DNA of 64,000 nt, from the IMG/VR virus record IMGVR_UViG_3300024255_001088; one strand, written 5' to 3'. The position numbers were made by a program, and so were the translations under genes. Below, in pieces: positions 9,326 through 19,006 of the stretch. How positions within the stretch are numbered: position 1 is the first letter of the stretch; the number at the start of each line of letters is the position of its first letter. The notes under the pieces were generated by a model, which made no database searches, was not told the DNA's origin, and saw only the letters and a program-made list of their open reading frames with translations. This DNA is from a virus.

Positions 9326-11040
9326 TTAATTTTAGCAAAATACGATACAAGAACTTGTTATCGTCTGGAAACACATTTACTAGTTTCGACCTAGACAGGT
9401 CGCAGACAACATTAATAGTTGGAGATAATGGTGCAGGCAAGTCCACACTGTTAGATGCATTGTGTTTTGTATTGTATGGTAAAGGTTTTCGTAATCTTAA
9501 AAAAGACTTATTGGTAAACTCTATCAACCAAAAAGACCTAGTAGTAGAGATAGAATTTACAGTTGGTAGAAAATCATACAAAGTTATAAGAGGTGCTAAA
9601 CCAAATAAGTTTGAGTTATATGTCAATGGTACAATGCTCAATCAAGATGCAACAGTTAGAGATTATCAAGAACACTTAGAGAAGAACATTCTTAAAATGT
9701 CCTTTCGTTCATTTACTCAAGTTGCAGTATTGGGTTCTGCTAACTTTACTCCCTTTATGCAATTAAAGTCAGTAGAAAGAAGAAGACTAGTAGAAGACTT
9801 ACTGGATATAAGTATCTTTTCTACCATGCAAGATATACTTAAGAAGAAAGTCACCCAACACAATATAGATGTCAGAGAAACTAAACACGAAACAGAATTA
9901 CTAGAAGAAAGAATTAGTGGTCTTAATGAACAGATGAGTCTACTACAAAAGAATCGTGACAAGAAGATTGCGAAGTATGAAAATACAATACAAGAAACTC
10001 AGAATAACATAACTTCTGTTATGAAAAGTATTGGTGTAAAACAAGACGAAGTAAAAGATAAACAAAGGTCTATATCAGATAGAGACCCACAAGGCGATAG
10101 ACTCAAAAAAGCATTAGATTTAGAGAAGAGACTTGAAGATTCTCAGAAGAAGGCACTTAAAGAAATTGAGTTCTATCAAAACAACGATGATTGTCCAGTA
10201 TGTAAACAAGGATTAGATGAAGACCACAAGACGAAATGCATTAAAGAAAAATCAGATAAGGTTGCAGAGCTCAAGACGGCAGTTCTTTCAATTGGAGAAA
10301 CCATCGAAGCATCCAGAAATAGAATGGCGGAAATACAAACCGTCATCGGAGAAATAGAAGAAATTCAGAGAAAGATTGGTTTACACCAAACAGAAGTTTT
10401 ATCTAATCAGAAATATGTAGAAAAACTCAATAGCGAAGTAAAAGACTTACAAAGTGAGATTAATGCTGACTCTGGTGTAAGTGATAGACTTACAAGTGCT
10501 GAAGATGATTTAGATAAATTACACACTAAGAAAGAAAGTTTAACAGATAGACAACATTACTTTGACCTTGCAACAACTCTATTAAGAGACCAAGGTGTAA
10601 GACAGAGAATCATCAAACAGTATGTACCAGTCATGAACAAGATGATTAACAAGTATCTTGCAAATTTAGAATTCTATGTTGGATTTGAATTGAATGAATC
10701 ATTCGAAGAAACAATCAAGTCCAGATTTAGAGATATATTTAAGTATGATAACTTCTCACAAGGAGAGAAGATGAGAATTGACCTTTCGTTGTTGTTCACA
10801 TGGAGAGCAGTCGCAAGAATCAAAAACTCAGTAAACACCAACATACTTATACTAGACGAGGTGTTTGATTCTTCTTTAGATTCACAAGGTACAGATGATT
10901 TCTTAAAATTACTGAACTCACTGAATGAGAAGACAAATGCATTTATTATCTCCCATAAAGGAGACCAACTATATGATAAGTTTGAAGAAGTGGTTCGATT
11001 TGAGAAACACAAGAACTTCAGCCGTATCGCAATTTCATAA
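9322..11040 (+). CDS. gp46: Recombination ATPase gp46 (Rad50-like)
   Basis: GDNGAGKS, CPVC zinc hook, FSQGE signature, LILDEVFD. Confidence 0.96.
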   Translation: MINFSKIRYKNLLSSGNTFTSFDLDRSQTTLIVGDNGAGKSTLLDALCFVLYGKGFRNLKKDLLVNSINQKDLVVEIEFTVGRKSYKVIRGAKPNKFELYVNGTMLNQDATVRDYQEHLEKNILKMSFRSFTQVAVLGSANFTPFMQLKSVERRRLVEDLLDISIFSTMQDILKKKVTQHNIDVRETKHETELLEERISGLNEQMSLLQKNRDKKIAKYENTIQETQNNITSVMKSIGVKQDEVKDKQRSISDRDPQGDRLKKALDLEKRLEDSQKKALKEIEFYQNNDDCPVCKQGLDEDHKTKCIKEKSDKVAELKTAVLSIGETIEASRNRMAEIQTVIGEIEEIQRKIGLHQTEVLSNQKYVEKLNSEVKDLQSEINADSGVSDRLTSAEDDLDKLHTKKESLTDRQHYFDLATTLLRDQGVRQRIIKQYVPVMNKMINKYLANLEFYVGFELNESFEETIKSRFRDIFKYDNFSQGEKMRIDLSLLFTWRAVARIKNSVNTNILILDEVFDSSLDSQGTDDFLKLLNSLNEKTNAFIISHKGDQLYDKFEEVVRFEKHKNFSRIAIS

Positions 11041-11048
11041 ATAAAACT

Positions 11049-11684
11049 ATGTATCAATTAATAGAAGAAGCATCACAAGTATTAAGAACTCCACCTCCGG
11101 AGTTTGACTTTGAAAATCCACCAGAAGACCCAATTGAAATTGCCAAGAACCTGGCAGAGGCAATGGACAAATTTGGGGGTTTAGGTCTATCGGCAAATCA
11201 AGTTGGTTTACCATATAGATTATTTGTTATGAGAACTATGCACGAGGGTGACGAAGAGTCTAAAGTTCTTCCTTATTTCAACCCTAAGTTGACTAGAGTA
11301 TCTCAAGAAACAGATTTAATGAAAGAGGGTTGTCTATCCTTTCCAGATTTATTCTTAATGATTAAAAGGTCTAAGACAATCGAATTTACATATCAAGATG
11401 AAACAGGTGAAGAGAAAAGTGCTGTACTAGAAGGCATAGGTGCAAGATGTGTGCAACACGAAATTGACCACCTGAACGGTATACTGTTTTTACAGAGAGC
11501 ATCTAGATTAAAACTTGAAAGAGCCCAAAAGGCAAGAGTAAAAGAAAGAAAGAAGAGGTTAGAGTATGAAAGAAGAATTGCACTGGCAAGATACTTCCAA
11601 GGAATGCAATCCACCAAAGATGATTCAGAATCTATTGACACCACAACAGTGTCAAGAGATGATAGAGTTTCACAAGAGTCATAA
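11049..11684 (+). CDS. def: Peptide deformylase
   Basis: GLGLSANQVG, EGCLSFP, QHEIDHLNG. Confidence 0.95.
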   Translation: MYQLIEEASQVLRTPPPEFDFENPPEDPIEIAKNLAEAMDKFGGLGLSANQVGLPYRLFVMRTMHEGDEESKVLPYFNPKLTRVSQETDLMKEGCLSFPDLFLMIKRSKTIEFTYQDETGEEKSAVLEGIGARCVQHEIDHLNGILFLQRASRLKLERAQKARVKERKKRLEYERRIALARYFQGMQSTKDDSESIDTTTVSRDDRVSQES

Positions 11685-12201
11685 ACACTTAACAGCAATT
11701 GGTGATGGGTCTGATTACACAGGTATCAGACTTATGCATATTAAGAATAATTATATCAGAAAATGTATGGCCGAAGTTATGGTCAATCTTGTAGGCGAAA
11801 TAAGAAAGATATCAGACCAAGTTGTATTTCCTGAAATGGTGGGTCTTAATGAATGGCCAATAGGTGGTGTTCAAGAACCACATTTAGACACATACTCAAA
11901 TCAACAGATGAACGCCGGAACACACGAAGACAAACCTGCTAGAGAATGGACTTGTATTCTTTATCTCAATGATAATTTTAGAGGTGGTAGAACCTATATT
12001 CCAGATGGCGAAATCTATGAACCTGAAACAGGTTCTGGTCTTTTGTTTCAAGGTATTTACATACCACATGGTGTTCAAAAGGTTAGAAGACACCCACGAC
12101 ATACAATCTCAATGTGGTTCACCACAGACATCGATAGAGCCATGCCTATATATCCAGTCGATGACCTAAATCTAAACGAAGACACTATTCGAAATACCTA
12201 G
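11620..12201 (+). CDS. 2OG-Fe(II) oxygenase (prolyl 4-hydroxylase-like)
   Basis: HLD, ILYLND.F.GG.T, HGV..V....R.TI; start uncertain (11566 or 11620). Confidence 0.85.
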   Translation: MIQNLLTPQQCQEMIEFHKSHKHLTAIGDGSDYTGIRLMHIKNNYIRKCMAEVMVNLVGEIRKISDQVVFPEMVGLNEWPIGGVQEPHLDTYSNQQMNAGTHEDKPAREWTCILYLNDNFRGGRTYIPDGEIYEPETGSGLLFQGIYIPHGVQKVRRHPRHTISMWFTTDIDRAMPIYPVDDLNLNEDTIRNT

Positions 12202-12234
12202 GGGTTGACAGCGACCCTAACTTTTTGTTATCCT
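12200..12234 (+). promoter_or_regulatory. Repeated early promoter, copy 1
   Basis: GGGG-TTGACA-GCGACCCTAACTTTTTGT-TATCCT, 18-bp spacer. Confidence 0.8.
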
Positions 12235-12260
12235 ACTCCTGAATCAAAAAAGGAGAAGAA

Positions 12261-12455
12261 ATGGGACACCCAACAGAAACACAAATCATGAATAAACTCA
12301 TAGAAATAGGAGATGAACTGGCGAGCCAGCTAAGTCAACTAGAATCTAATTTAGATAGTTTATCATCAAGTATAAGTTCATTAGAATCAGATATAGGTTC
12401 TATATCATCTGAAGTAAGTAATATTGAATCGATGGTCAATTCGCTCGAGGGTTGA
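12261..12455 (+). CDS. Small Ser-rich coiled-coil protein
   Basis: SD AGGAG; heptad pattern LSQLESNLDSLSSSISSLESDIGSISSEV. Confidence 0.75.
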   Translation: MGHPTETQIMNKLIEIGDELASQLSQLESNLDSLSSSISSLESDIGSISSEVSNIESMVNSLEG

Positions 12456-12481
12456 CAATGACCCTCACTTTTTGATAGGAT
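12448..12481 (+). promoter_or_regulatory. Repeated early promoter, copy 2
   Basis: AGGG-TTGACA-ATGACCCTCACTTTTTGA-TAGGAT; ATG 6 nt downstream. Confidence 0.8.
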
Positions 12482-12487
12482 ATAAAC

Positions 12488-14866
12488 ATGACAGAAAAAC
12501 TTAAAAACCAAAAAGACTCTCTCGCAAGATTAATGGCAACAGAAAATCTTACGATTGTACATAAAAAAATACCGACTGCATACTTTGATGTTAAGAATAG
12601 GGTACTTGCTTGTCCTACTTTCAAAGATGATATTTCTCCTGAACTATATGACTTGTTCATGGGACACGAAGTTGGCCACGCACTGAATACTCCTTACGAG
12701 GGACTTCACTCTACACTAACTGAGAATAGAACTCTTAAGGGTTATCTTAATGTTGTTGAAGATGTAAGAATCGAGAAGGCAATCAAACAAAAGTATCAAG
12801 GGTTGAGAACTTCTTTCTTTAAGGCATACAATGAACTTATGGAAAAAAACTTCTTCGGCATCGAGGGCAGAAACTTACAAGAACTTGCATTGATTGACAA
12901 AATCAATCTTATTACTAAGTGTGGTTCTAGAGTCAACATCAAACTAAATGAGACCGAACAAGAATTCTTAGACATGGCAGAATCATGTAAGACTTGGGAA
13001 GAAGTTGTCGAATGTGCAAATTCAATCTACGAATACTCTAAAGAAAATGAAGAGAGAGATGAAGAAGACGAAAAACTTTCTAAGATGCAAATGCCTGAAT
13101 CAGAAGATGATGATGAAGAAGACGAGACTGAATCATCTCCAATGAGTGGTGAAGAGTCAGATGATGAACCAGAGAGTGAAGAAGAAGAAGATAAATCAAA
13201 CGCTGAGGGCGACATAGAAGAAGAGGGTGATAAAGTTGAAGAGACTCTTGTAGAATCTGGCGCCAAGGGTGGCAAGTTCGATGGCAAATATGATGAATTA
13301 GATGGCGCTAGAGAATCAATCACTGAACACTATGCACATAATAATGAAGATGATTTTGTTGACGAAAAGGCAAACATCAAAACTAATATTGATTTGAGAA
13401 CTAGATTCAAAAGTACTGATATAGATGCAATGATTTATGACAACAAACAAATTACATCTGATTGGCAGAGTTGGTTTGCTGGTGTTGACTATGACAAGTT
13501 GATAAAAGAAGACCCAAGATACTACACTGAAGAGAGAAAACAAGAAACTGTCAACGAGAGAAGTAATACTTTAGTTCTTGGTAAACATTACAGAAAACAT
13601 CTTCAAAACAAAAACAAAAAGATTGTTGCCCATATGGCAAAAGAGTTTGAGTTAAGACAAAATGCACATAGAAGTGCAAAGGCATATACAGGCACTAGTG
13701 GTGACCTTGATATGAATAGACTTGCTAAGTATCAGATTGTAGATGATATCTTCAAAAGAGTCACTTACATTCCAGATGGCAAGAACCATGGTGTCAATGT
13801 TTTACTTGACTGGTCTGGTTCTATTCACAACGAAGCTGCTGACATGTTAGAACAATCAATTATACTTTCAGAGTTCTGTAGAAAAGTAAACATTCCTTAC
13901 AGAGTATATCTCTTCTCAGATTCTATTGTAAGACAAGACAGACTTGACTACTCAAGTGGCAAGGCAAAACTTGTTGAGATTATGTCTAACGAAATATCTA
14001 ATAGAAAATATTCAGAGATGCTAGATTACTTATCTTGTATCCTTGTTGGGTACATGCACAATGAACTTCATGATTGCTGGGGTGGTTCACCAAAGGGAAT
14101 AAAACTTGTTGAAGAATACAATTCAGTATTCAGTTCTATTCAAGAATGGGAATCAGGTAGTTCATATTGGGGTGATGCAAGATTCTCAAGATACTGCTGT
14201 CCTGAAAATTATAGATTGGGTGGTACACCACTTGACGAATGCCTAGTTGCTATGAGAAAATTCTTACCAGAGTTCAACAGACAGTATGGTATTGAGAAAT
14301 CAATTCTAACAATCATCACCGATGGGTTCAGTTTCAGAAGTGACTTCTTTGAAGAATCAGAAGTTGAGTCTGCTGACTATAAGGCTCAGGCAGGCGATGA
14401 TTACTACTGGTCTGCTCAGAGAGAGAGAAGTTTCATTGACCCATACATCAACAAGAACTTCCTTTACACGACTAATTCAAGATATGGTAGAAACGACTTC
14501 GAGAAAACTCAAAACATCTTAGAGTGGTTATCAGAAACTTGTAATGTGACCGTGACTGGTTACTTTGTCTTCACCAAGAAAAGAGACTTTCAACAAATGG
14601 GTGAATACATTATACCAAACTTTTGGGAAGAAGTTGATGGGTTGTGGAGAGATATGAGAAAATCAGGTGTAGTAGTTGACACCAAGGGTTACAACAAATT
14701 GTTCTTGACCACTGCATCTAATCTTGCTACGACAGGCGAAGATGAACTTGGCGAAGAGTTCATTGGTGCAAACAAAAACAGAGTGACTGCCGCTTTCAAA
14801 AGAAATCAGAAAGGCAAGTCAACATCAAGATTTCTAACTAACGAATTTATAAAGGAGATTGCATAA
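12488..14866 (+). CDS. CobT-like protein: HExxH domain, acidic linker and VWA domain
   Basis: HEVGH...NVVEDVRIE; MIDAS DWSGS, GGTPL, ITDG. Confidence 0.85.
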   Translation: MTEKLKNQKDSLARLMATENLTIVHKKIPTAYFDVKNRVLACPTFKDDISPELYDLFMGHEVGHALNTPYEGLHSTLTENRTLKGYLNVVEDVRIEKAIKQKYQGLRTSFFKAYNELMEKNFFGIEGRNLQELALIDKINLITKCGSRVNIKLNETEQEFLDMAESCKTWEEVVECANSIYEYSKENEERDEEDEKLSKMQMPESEDDDEEDETESSPMSGEESDDEPESEEEEDKSNAEGDIEEEGDKVEETLVESGAKGGKFDGKYDELDGARESITEHYAHNNEDDFVDEKANIKTNIDLRTRFKSTDIDAMIYDNKQITSDWQSWFAGVDYDKLIKEDPRYYTEERKQETVNERSNTLVLGKHYRKHLQNKNKKIVAHMAKEFELRQNAHRSAKAYTGTSGDLDMNRLAKYQIVDDIFKRVTYIPDGKNHGVNVLLDWSGSIHNEAADMLEQSIILSEFCRKVNIPYRVYLFSDSIVRQDRLDYSSGKAKLVEIMSNEISNRKYSEMLDYLSCILVGYMHNELHDCWGGSPKGIKLVEEYNSVFSSIQEWESGSSYWGDARFSRYCCPENYRLGGTPLDECLVAMRKFLPEFNRQYGIEKSILTIITDGFSFRSDFFEESEVESADYKAQAGDDYYWSAQRERSFIDPYINKNFLYTTNSRYGRNDFEKTQNILEWLSETCNVTVTGYFVFTKKRDFQQMGEYIIPNFWEEVDGLWRDMRKSGVVVDTKGYNKLFLTTASNLATTGEDELGEEFIGANKNRVTAAFKRNQKGKSTSRFLTNEFIKEIA

Positions 14867-15099
14867 TGGAAATGATAGGTACTATTAATATTGATAAATT
14901 TCAAGACGCCATACAACAGGTCGGTAAAGGACCTTGCGTAAAGTTTGATTGCCCTAGGCAAAAGGCTTGTGGCGAAGAAGAGGTTGAATGTAAGGCATTT
15001 AGGTTTTGGGTTAACAACGACTCATACACCACAATGAGAAAAGGTCAGAAGACCTCTATTGCAATTGACATGGAAAGATTACTAAAAGAAATTGAATAG
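14866..15099 (+). CDS. Small Cys-rich hypothetical protein
   Basis: C-x4-C-x5-C-x6-C; SD AGGAG. Confidence 0.7.
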   Translation: MEMIGTINIDKFQDAIQQVGKGPCVKFDCPRQKACGEEEVECKAFRFWVNNDSYTTMRKGQKTSIAIDMERLLKEIE

Positions 15100-15131
15100 G
15101 GTTGACAATGACCCTAACTTTTTGATAGGAT
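15098..15131 (+). promoter_or_regulatory. Repeated early promoter, copy 3
   Basis: AGGG-TTGACA-ATGACCCTAACTTTTTGA-TAGGAT. Confidence 0.8.
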
Positions 15132-15173
15132 AATAACTGATGAGAAATAAAACTACTTTAACGGAGACAAATT

Positions 15174-16406
15174 ATGAGTAAGTGGACATACGACCCAACA
15201 GAGTCGATAAATCTGGGAGATAAAAATTTCCACCTGACACCTGACAGGAAAGAATTCATTCAGGCATTAAAGGAGAAATATCCGAATCAATTGCAATTCT
15301 CGAAAGAGCAGTTCAATTCATTGGGCCATTTTCCATACTGGTTGAAATCAAACAGGTACAATTTTAAAGATGGTGCTGTTTTCAATCTAACACCAATCCT
15401 TGCGATTGATAATAACGGTACGACTGTTGCAGTTTCTAAACCAGAACCTTTAACAGTTCCAAAAGTTGCACCTCAAGTTCAACAAATGCCAGTTGCCGCT
15501 GCTACTGCTTCGGTCAACATGATTGATGATAATGTAAAAATCATTCCAGAAAAAATGCCAAACTATGTACCGTTTGGTCATGCTAAAGATGTCAAGAACA
15601 TAATCAACTCTAAAATGTTCTTCCCTTTCTTTGTGACTGGTCTTTCAGGTAATGGTAAAACATTAATGATTGAACAAACTTGTGCTCAATTGAAGAGAGA
15701 ACTCTTCAGAGTCAATATCACTATTGAGACAGACGAAGACGACCTAATGGGTGGTCACACTTTGCAGAATGGCAACATCATCTTCAGAGAAGGTCCAGTT
15801 ATCAAGGCAATGAGAAAAGGCGCTGTATTACTTCTTGACGAAGTAGACTTAGGGTCTAACAAAATGATGTGTCTACAATCAGTTCTTGAGGGCAAAGGTT
15901 ACCTTATCAAGAAAACTGGTGAGTGGGTCACACCGACACCAGGGTTTACTGTTGTCGCTACTGCCAACACCAAGGGCCAAGGGTCTGAAGATGGCAAGTT
16001 CATTGGTACTCAAATCATGAATGAGGCGATGCTTGAAAGATTCGCTATCACGATGCAACAAGAATATCCACCAGTGACTACTGAGAGAAATATTCTGAAA
16101 CAAGAAATGGCTTTGACTGGCGATGTCGATGAAGACTTCGTTAAGAAACTAGTTGATTGGGCTGACATAATCAGAAAAACTTATTATGAAGGCGCCATTG
16201 ATGATGTGATTACAACAAGAAGACTTGTTCACATTGTCAGTGCTTACAAGATGTTTGGTGACAAACTCAAGGCGATTACAATGTGCATATCTAGATTCGA
16301 TGAAGAAACTAGAAATGCTGTTCTAGACCTCTACACCAAAGTTGACGATGGTGTTCATTTAGAAAACTCTATTGACGATTCAGAGTCTTCAGAGTATAAT
16401 GATTAA
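15174..16406 (+). CDS. MoxR/CobS-like AAA+ ATPase
   Basis: GLSGNGKT, ETDEDDLMGG, LLLDEVD, ATANTKGQG, A.LERF. Confidence 0.92.
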   Translation: MSKWTYDPTESINLGDKNFHLTPDRKEFIQALKEKYPNQLQFSKEQFNSLGHFPYWLKSNRYNFKDGAVFNLTPILAIDNNGTTVAVSKPEPLTVPKVAPQVQQMPVAAATASVNMIDDNVKIIPEKMPNYVPFGHAKDVKNIINSKMFFPFFVTGLSGNGKTLMIEQTCAQLKRELFRVNITIETDEDDLMGGHTLQNGNIIFREGPVIKAMRKGAVLLLDEVDLGSNKMMCLQSVLEGKGYLIKKTGEWVTPTPGFTVVATANTKGQGSEDGKFIGTQIMNEAMLERFAITMQQEYPPVTTERNILKQEMALTGDVDEDFVKKLVDWADIIRKTYYEGAIDDVITTRRLVHIVSAYKMFGDKLKAITMCISRFDEETRNAVLDLYTKVDDGVHLENSIDDSESSEYND

Positions 16407-16407
16407 T

Positions 16408-16743
16408 ATGGGTTTATTTACTAAGTCAACTAATACCAAAAGTGGTATTGACTACAAATACAATGAGGGAGAACTTCTAAAGGAGTTCTCTTCTTATGTA
16501 GACTCAACATATGACCAACACTACAGTCTGAACAAATATCAGGCAACTGAATTCATTATGGATGCAGGACACGGTGAAGGTTTCTGTATTGGGAATATTT
16601 TAAAGTATGCCCAACGATACGGCAAAAAAGGTGGGAAAAATCGTGCCGACCTTTTAAAGGTAATTCATTATGGATTCCTTGCATTGAACAATCACGATAA
16701 ATTAATGCTTGAAGAATCAGGCTATAAAGGAGACAAGAAATGA
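16408..16743 (+). CDS. DUF3310-like protein
   Basis: TYDQHYS, GEGFCIGNILKY..RYGKK, DLLKVIHY; upstream TTGACG-N17-TATAAT. Confidence 0.8.
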   Translation: MGLFTKSTNTKSGIDYKYNEGELLKEFSSYVDSTYDQHYSLNKYQATEFIMDAGHGEGFCIGNILKYAQRYGKKGGKNRADLLKVIHYGFLALNNHDKLMLEESGYKGDKK

Positions 16744-17405
16744 AAATTTCAAGTGAAACAAAGGCGATATTAAAAAACTTCGCTACTATTAATTCAGGTA
16801 TCAAAGTTGATTCAGGTAATCAACTTAAGACGATATCTAACATGAAGAATATTCTGGCAGTCGCAACGATACCAGAAACATTCGACAAGTCATTTAGTAT
16901 CTACAATCTAGTAGAATTTCTAGGTGCAACAAGTCTAATGGAGAATCCAGACTTCAACTTCAACGAAGCTTCGTTGGCGATTGCAGATGCTGATACATCT
17001 CTAACATATTTCTATGCCTCAGAGGGTATGGTCACTTCACCAGAGAAGATGATTACCATGCCAGATGCAGAGATTAGTATTGACTTAACTTCTACACTTC
17101 TAACTGAATTGCAAAAGGCAGCTTCAGTATTGGGTGTAAATGATTTAGTTCTTACATCCGATGGTACTAAAATCGAGATGCAAGTGACTGATAAAAAGAA
17201 CACAACTTCAAATACATTCAGTAGAACTGTAGGCGAAGGCAATGGTGCAACATTCACAATGAACTTCAAGATTGAGAACTTGAAAGTTTTAGATGGCAAC
17301 TATACAGTTGCAGTATCTTCTAAAGGCATCTCACACTTTAAGAATAAAGATGTAGATTTAGAGTACTTTATTGCTTTAGAACCAGATAGTTCTTACAGCG
17401 CTTAA
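16740..17405 (+). CDS. gp45: Sliding clamp gp45
   Basis: T..ILKNFATIN, F.IY.L.EFL, K.ENLK.L.G.Y, YFIALE. Confidence 0.93.
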   Translation: MKISSETKAILKNFATINSGIKVDSGNQLKTISNMKNILAVATIPETFDKSFSIYNLVEFLGATSLMENPDFNFNEASLAIADADTSLTYFYASEGMVTSPEKMITMPDAEISIDLTSTLLTELQKAASVLGVNDLVLTSDGTKIEMQVTDKKNTTSNTFSRTVGEGNGATFTMNFKIENLKVLDGNYTVAVSSKGISHFKNKDVDLEYFIALEPDSSYSA

Positions 17406-17419
17406 CATATATATTATGT

Positions 17420-17510
17420 GTGAAACAGCGCCAGTCTCCGCTACTTTCATGGGAGTATTAGAATCTCATCATCAATGGTCTAATACACGAACACTCGGAG
17501 GGGTTTGTTC
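17420..17510 (+). ncRNA. Structured intergenic RNA element of unknown class (gp45-gp44 leader)
   Basis: Stems GTGAAA/TTTCAT with AGCG/CGCT, GTATTAGA/TCTAATAC and GAAC/GTTC; loop CTCC complementary to two GGAG. Confidence 0.45.
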
Positions 17511-17519
17511 TCTTTAATT

Positions 17520-18464
17520 ATGAATACAAATGAATTTTTATATGTAGAAAAGTATCGTCCTACTATCATTGACGATACTATACTACCAAAAGGCGTCAAG
17601 AAAACATTCAAAGAGTTTGTTTCCAATAACGAAATACCAAATCTGATGCTCTGTGGTTCACAGGGAACAGGCAAAACAACCGTCGCTAAGGCACTCTGTA
17701 ATGAGTTAGGCGCTGATTTCATTGTTATCAATGGCAGTGACGAAGGCCGACTTATCGACACTTTGCGAACTAAAATCAAAAACTTTGCATCTACTGTATC
17801 TCTTGCCGGTGGTCCTAAAGTTGTCATTCTTGATGAGGCAGATTATATATCTGCTGATTCAGTTCAACCGGCATTGAGAAACTTCATAGAAGAGTTCTCA
17901 AGTAATTGTAGATTTATCTTTACATGTAATTACAAGAATAGAATCATTGCACCTCTACATAGTAGATGTACTGTAATCGATTTTTCTATACCTAAGAGTG
18001 AGAAACAAAAACTCGCAATGGGTGGTCTTGATAGATTAAAATCTATATGTGACAATGAGGGTATCAAGTATGATGAAAAGGTATTAGTAGAACTTATACT
18101 AAAGTTCTTTCCAGATTTCAGACGATGCATTAATGAAGTACAACGATATGGTGCAAGTGGTGTAATCGATAGTGGTCTACTAGCGACATTATCAGAAGAA
18201 AAACTTACACCTCTCATTGATATGATTGAAAAGAAAAACTGGACTGCCATGAGAAAATGGGTTGCTCAGAATTCTGATAATGATTTCAATGGTTTATATC
18301 GTAAAGTTTTCGATGCACTTGAACAAAGATTAGAACCAAGTTCTATACCTGCAGCTGTTTTGTTCATTGCTGATTATCAATACAAGGCTGCATTTGCAAT
18401 GGACTCAGAAATCAACTTCACTGCATGTCTCACCGAGATTATGTCAGAGTGTAGATTCAAATAA
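17520..18464 (+). CDS. gp44: Clamp loader large subunit gp44
   Basis: VEKYRP, GSQGTGKT, ILDEADY, LHSRC, FPDFRR. Confidence 0.95.
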   Translation: MNTNEFLYVEKYRPTIIDDTILPKGVKKTFKEFVSNNEIPNLMLCGSQGTGKTTVAKALCNELGADFIVINGSDEGRLIDTLRTKIKNFASTVSLAGGPKVVILDEADYISADSVQPALRNFIEEFSSNCRFIFTCNYKNRIIAPLHSRCTVIDFSIPKSEKQKLAMGGLDRLKSICDNEGIKYDEKVLVELILKFFPDFRRCINEVQRYGASGVIDSGLLATLSEEKLTPLIDMIEKKNWTAMRKWVAQNSDNDFNGLYRKVFDALEQRLEPSSIPAAVLFIADYQYKAAFAMDSEINFTACLTEIMSECRFK

Positions 18465-18646
18465 TGGCAATATCAGATGAAATGAGAGAACAACTTGAAA
18501 TGGTTATCCAATACGGTGACCAAGTAAAGGCAATGTTCAAAGAACAAGATAGCGTTGACTATGAGATTAGTGACTACGATGAACCTATCACACAACTGTT
18601 AGGTCATATGAATGAAGTAATGGAAACCATTGACGGTGGTTGGTAG
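18464..18646 (+). CDS. Small acidic hypothetical protein
   Basis: TAATG coupling to gp44. Confidence 0.65.
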   Translation: MAISDEMREQLEMVIQYGDQVKAMFKEQDSVDYEISDYDEPITQLLGHMNEVMETIDGGW

Positions 18647-18762
18647 TGGGTAAACTAAGACAATGGTTAGCAAGATGGTTTGATTACCACTTAGAGAAAA
18701 GTTTACAAAGACAAGCCGATAAAATATGGCGGGAGAGTAGAGACAATGACACAATACAATGA
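18646..18762 (+). CDS. Small hypothetical protein (38 aa, GTG start)
   Basis: MGKLRQWLARWFDYHLEKSLQRQADKIWRESRDNDTIQ; fills the gap and is coupled to the previous stop. Confidence 0.5.
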   Translation: MGKLRQWLARWFDYHLEKSLQRQADKIWRESRDNDTIQ

Positions 18763-19006
18763 AACAGTAGAACGACAAAGACTGTTATTAGAAGCAGAGA
18801 AATGGTCAAATGGTGTTAAATCTATTCATGCACATTCTTTTACTTCAATGTGGTACGACAACAGAAACAATGATGGTTCAGTGATGGACATTGAATATAA
18901 CAACGGTGTCGTGCAAAGAACAATAAAGTCAAGTGGTGAGATTATTTACTTTGGTGAAGCTCTCACTGGTCAAGCACTAGTTGACTCTTACATAAGAAAC
19001 ACTTAA
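18746..19006 (+). CDS. Hypothetical protein
   Basis: 86-aa ORF abutting gp62. Confidence 0.7.
   Translation: MTQYNETVERQRLLLEAEKWSNGVKSIHAHSFTSMWYDNRNNDGSVMDIEYNNGVVQRTIKSSGEIIYFGEALTGQALVDSYIRNT

Noticed and set aside
15174-16406. Cobalamin biosynthesis (cobS) auxiliary gene
   Set aside because: No cobN or other cob genes; a generic MoxR/VWA pair.
17420-17510. HDV-like or glmS ribozyme
   Set aside because: Partial resemblance only: P1 is too short and P2 mismatched for HDV; the GACGAGG core of glmS is absent.
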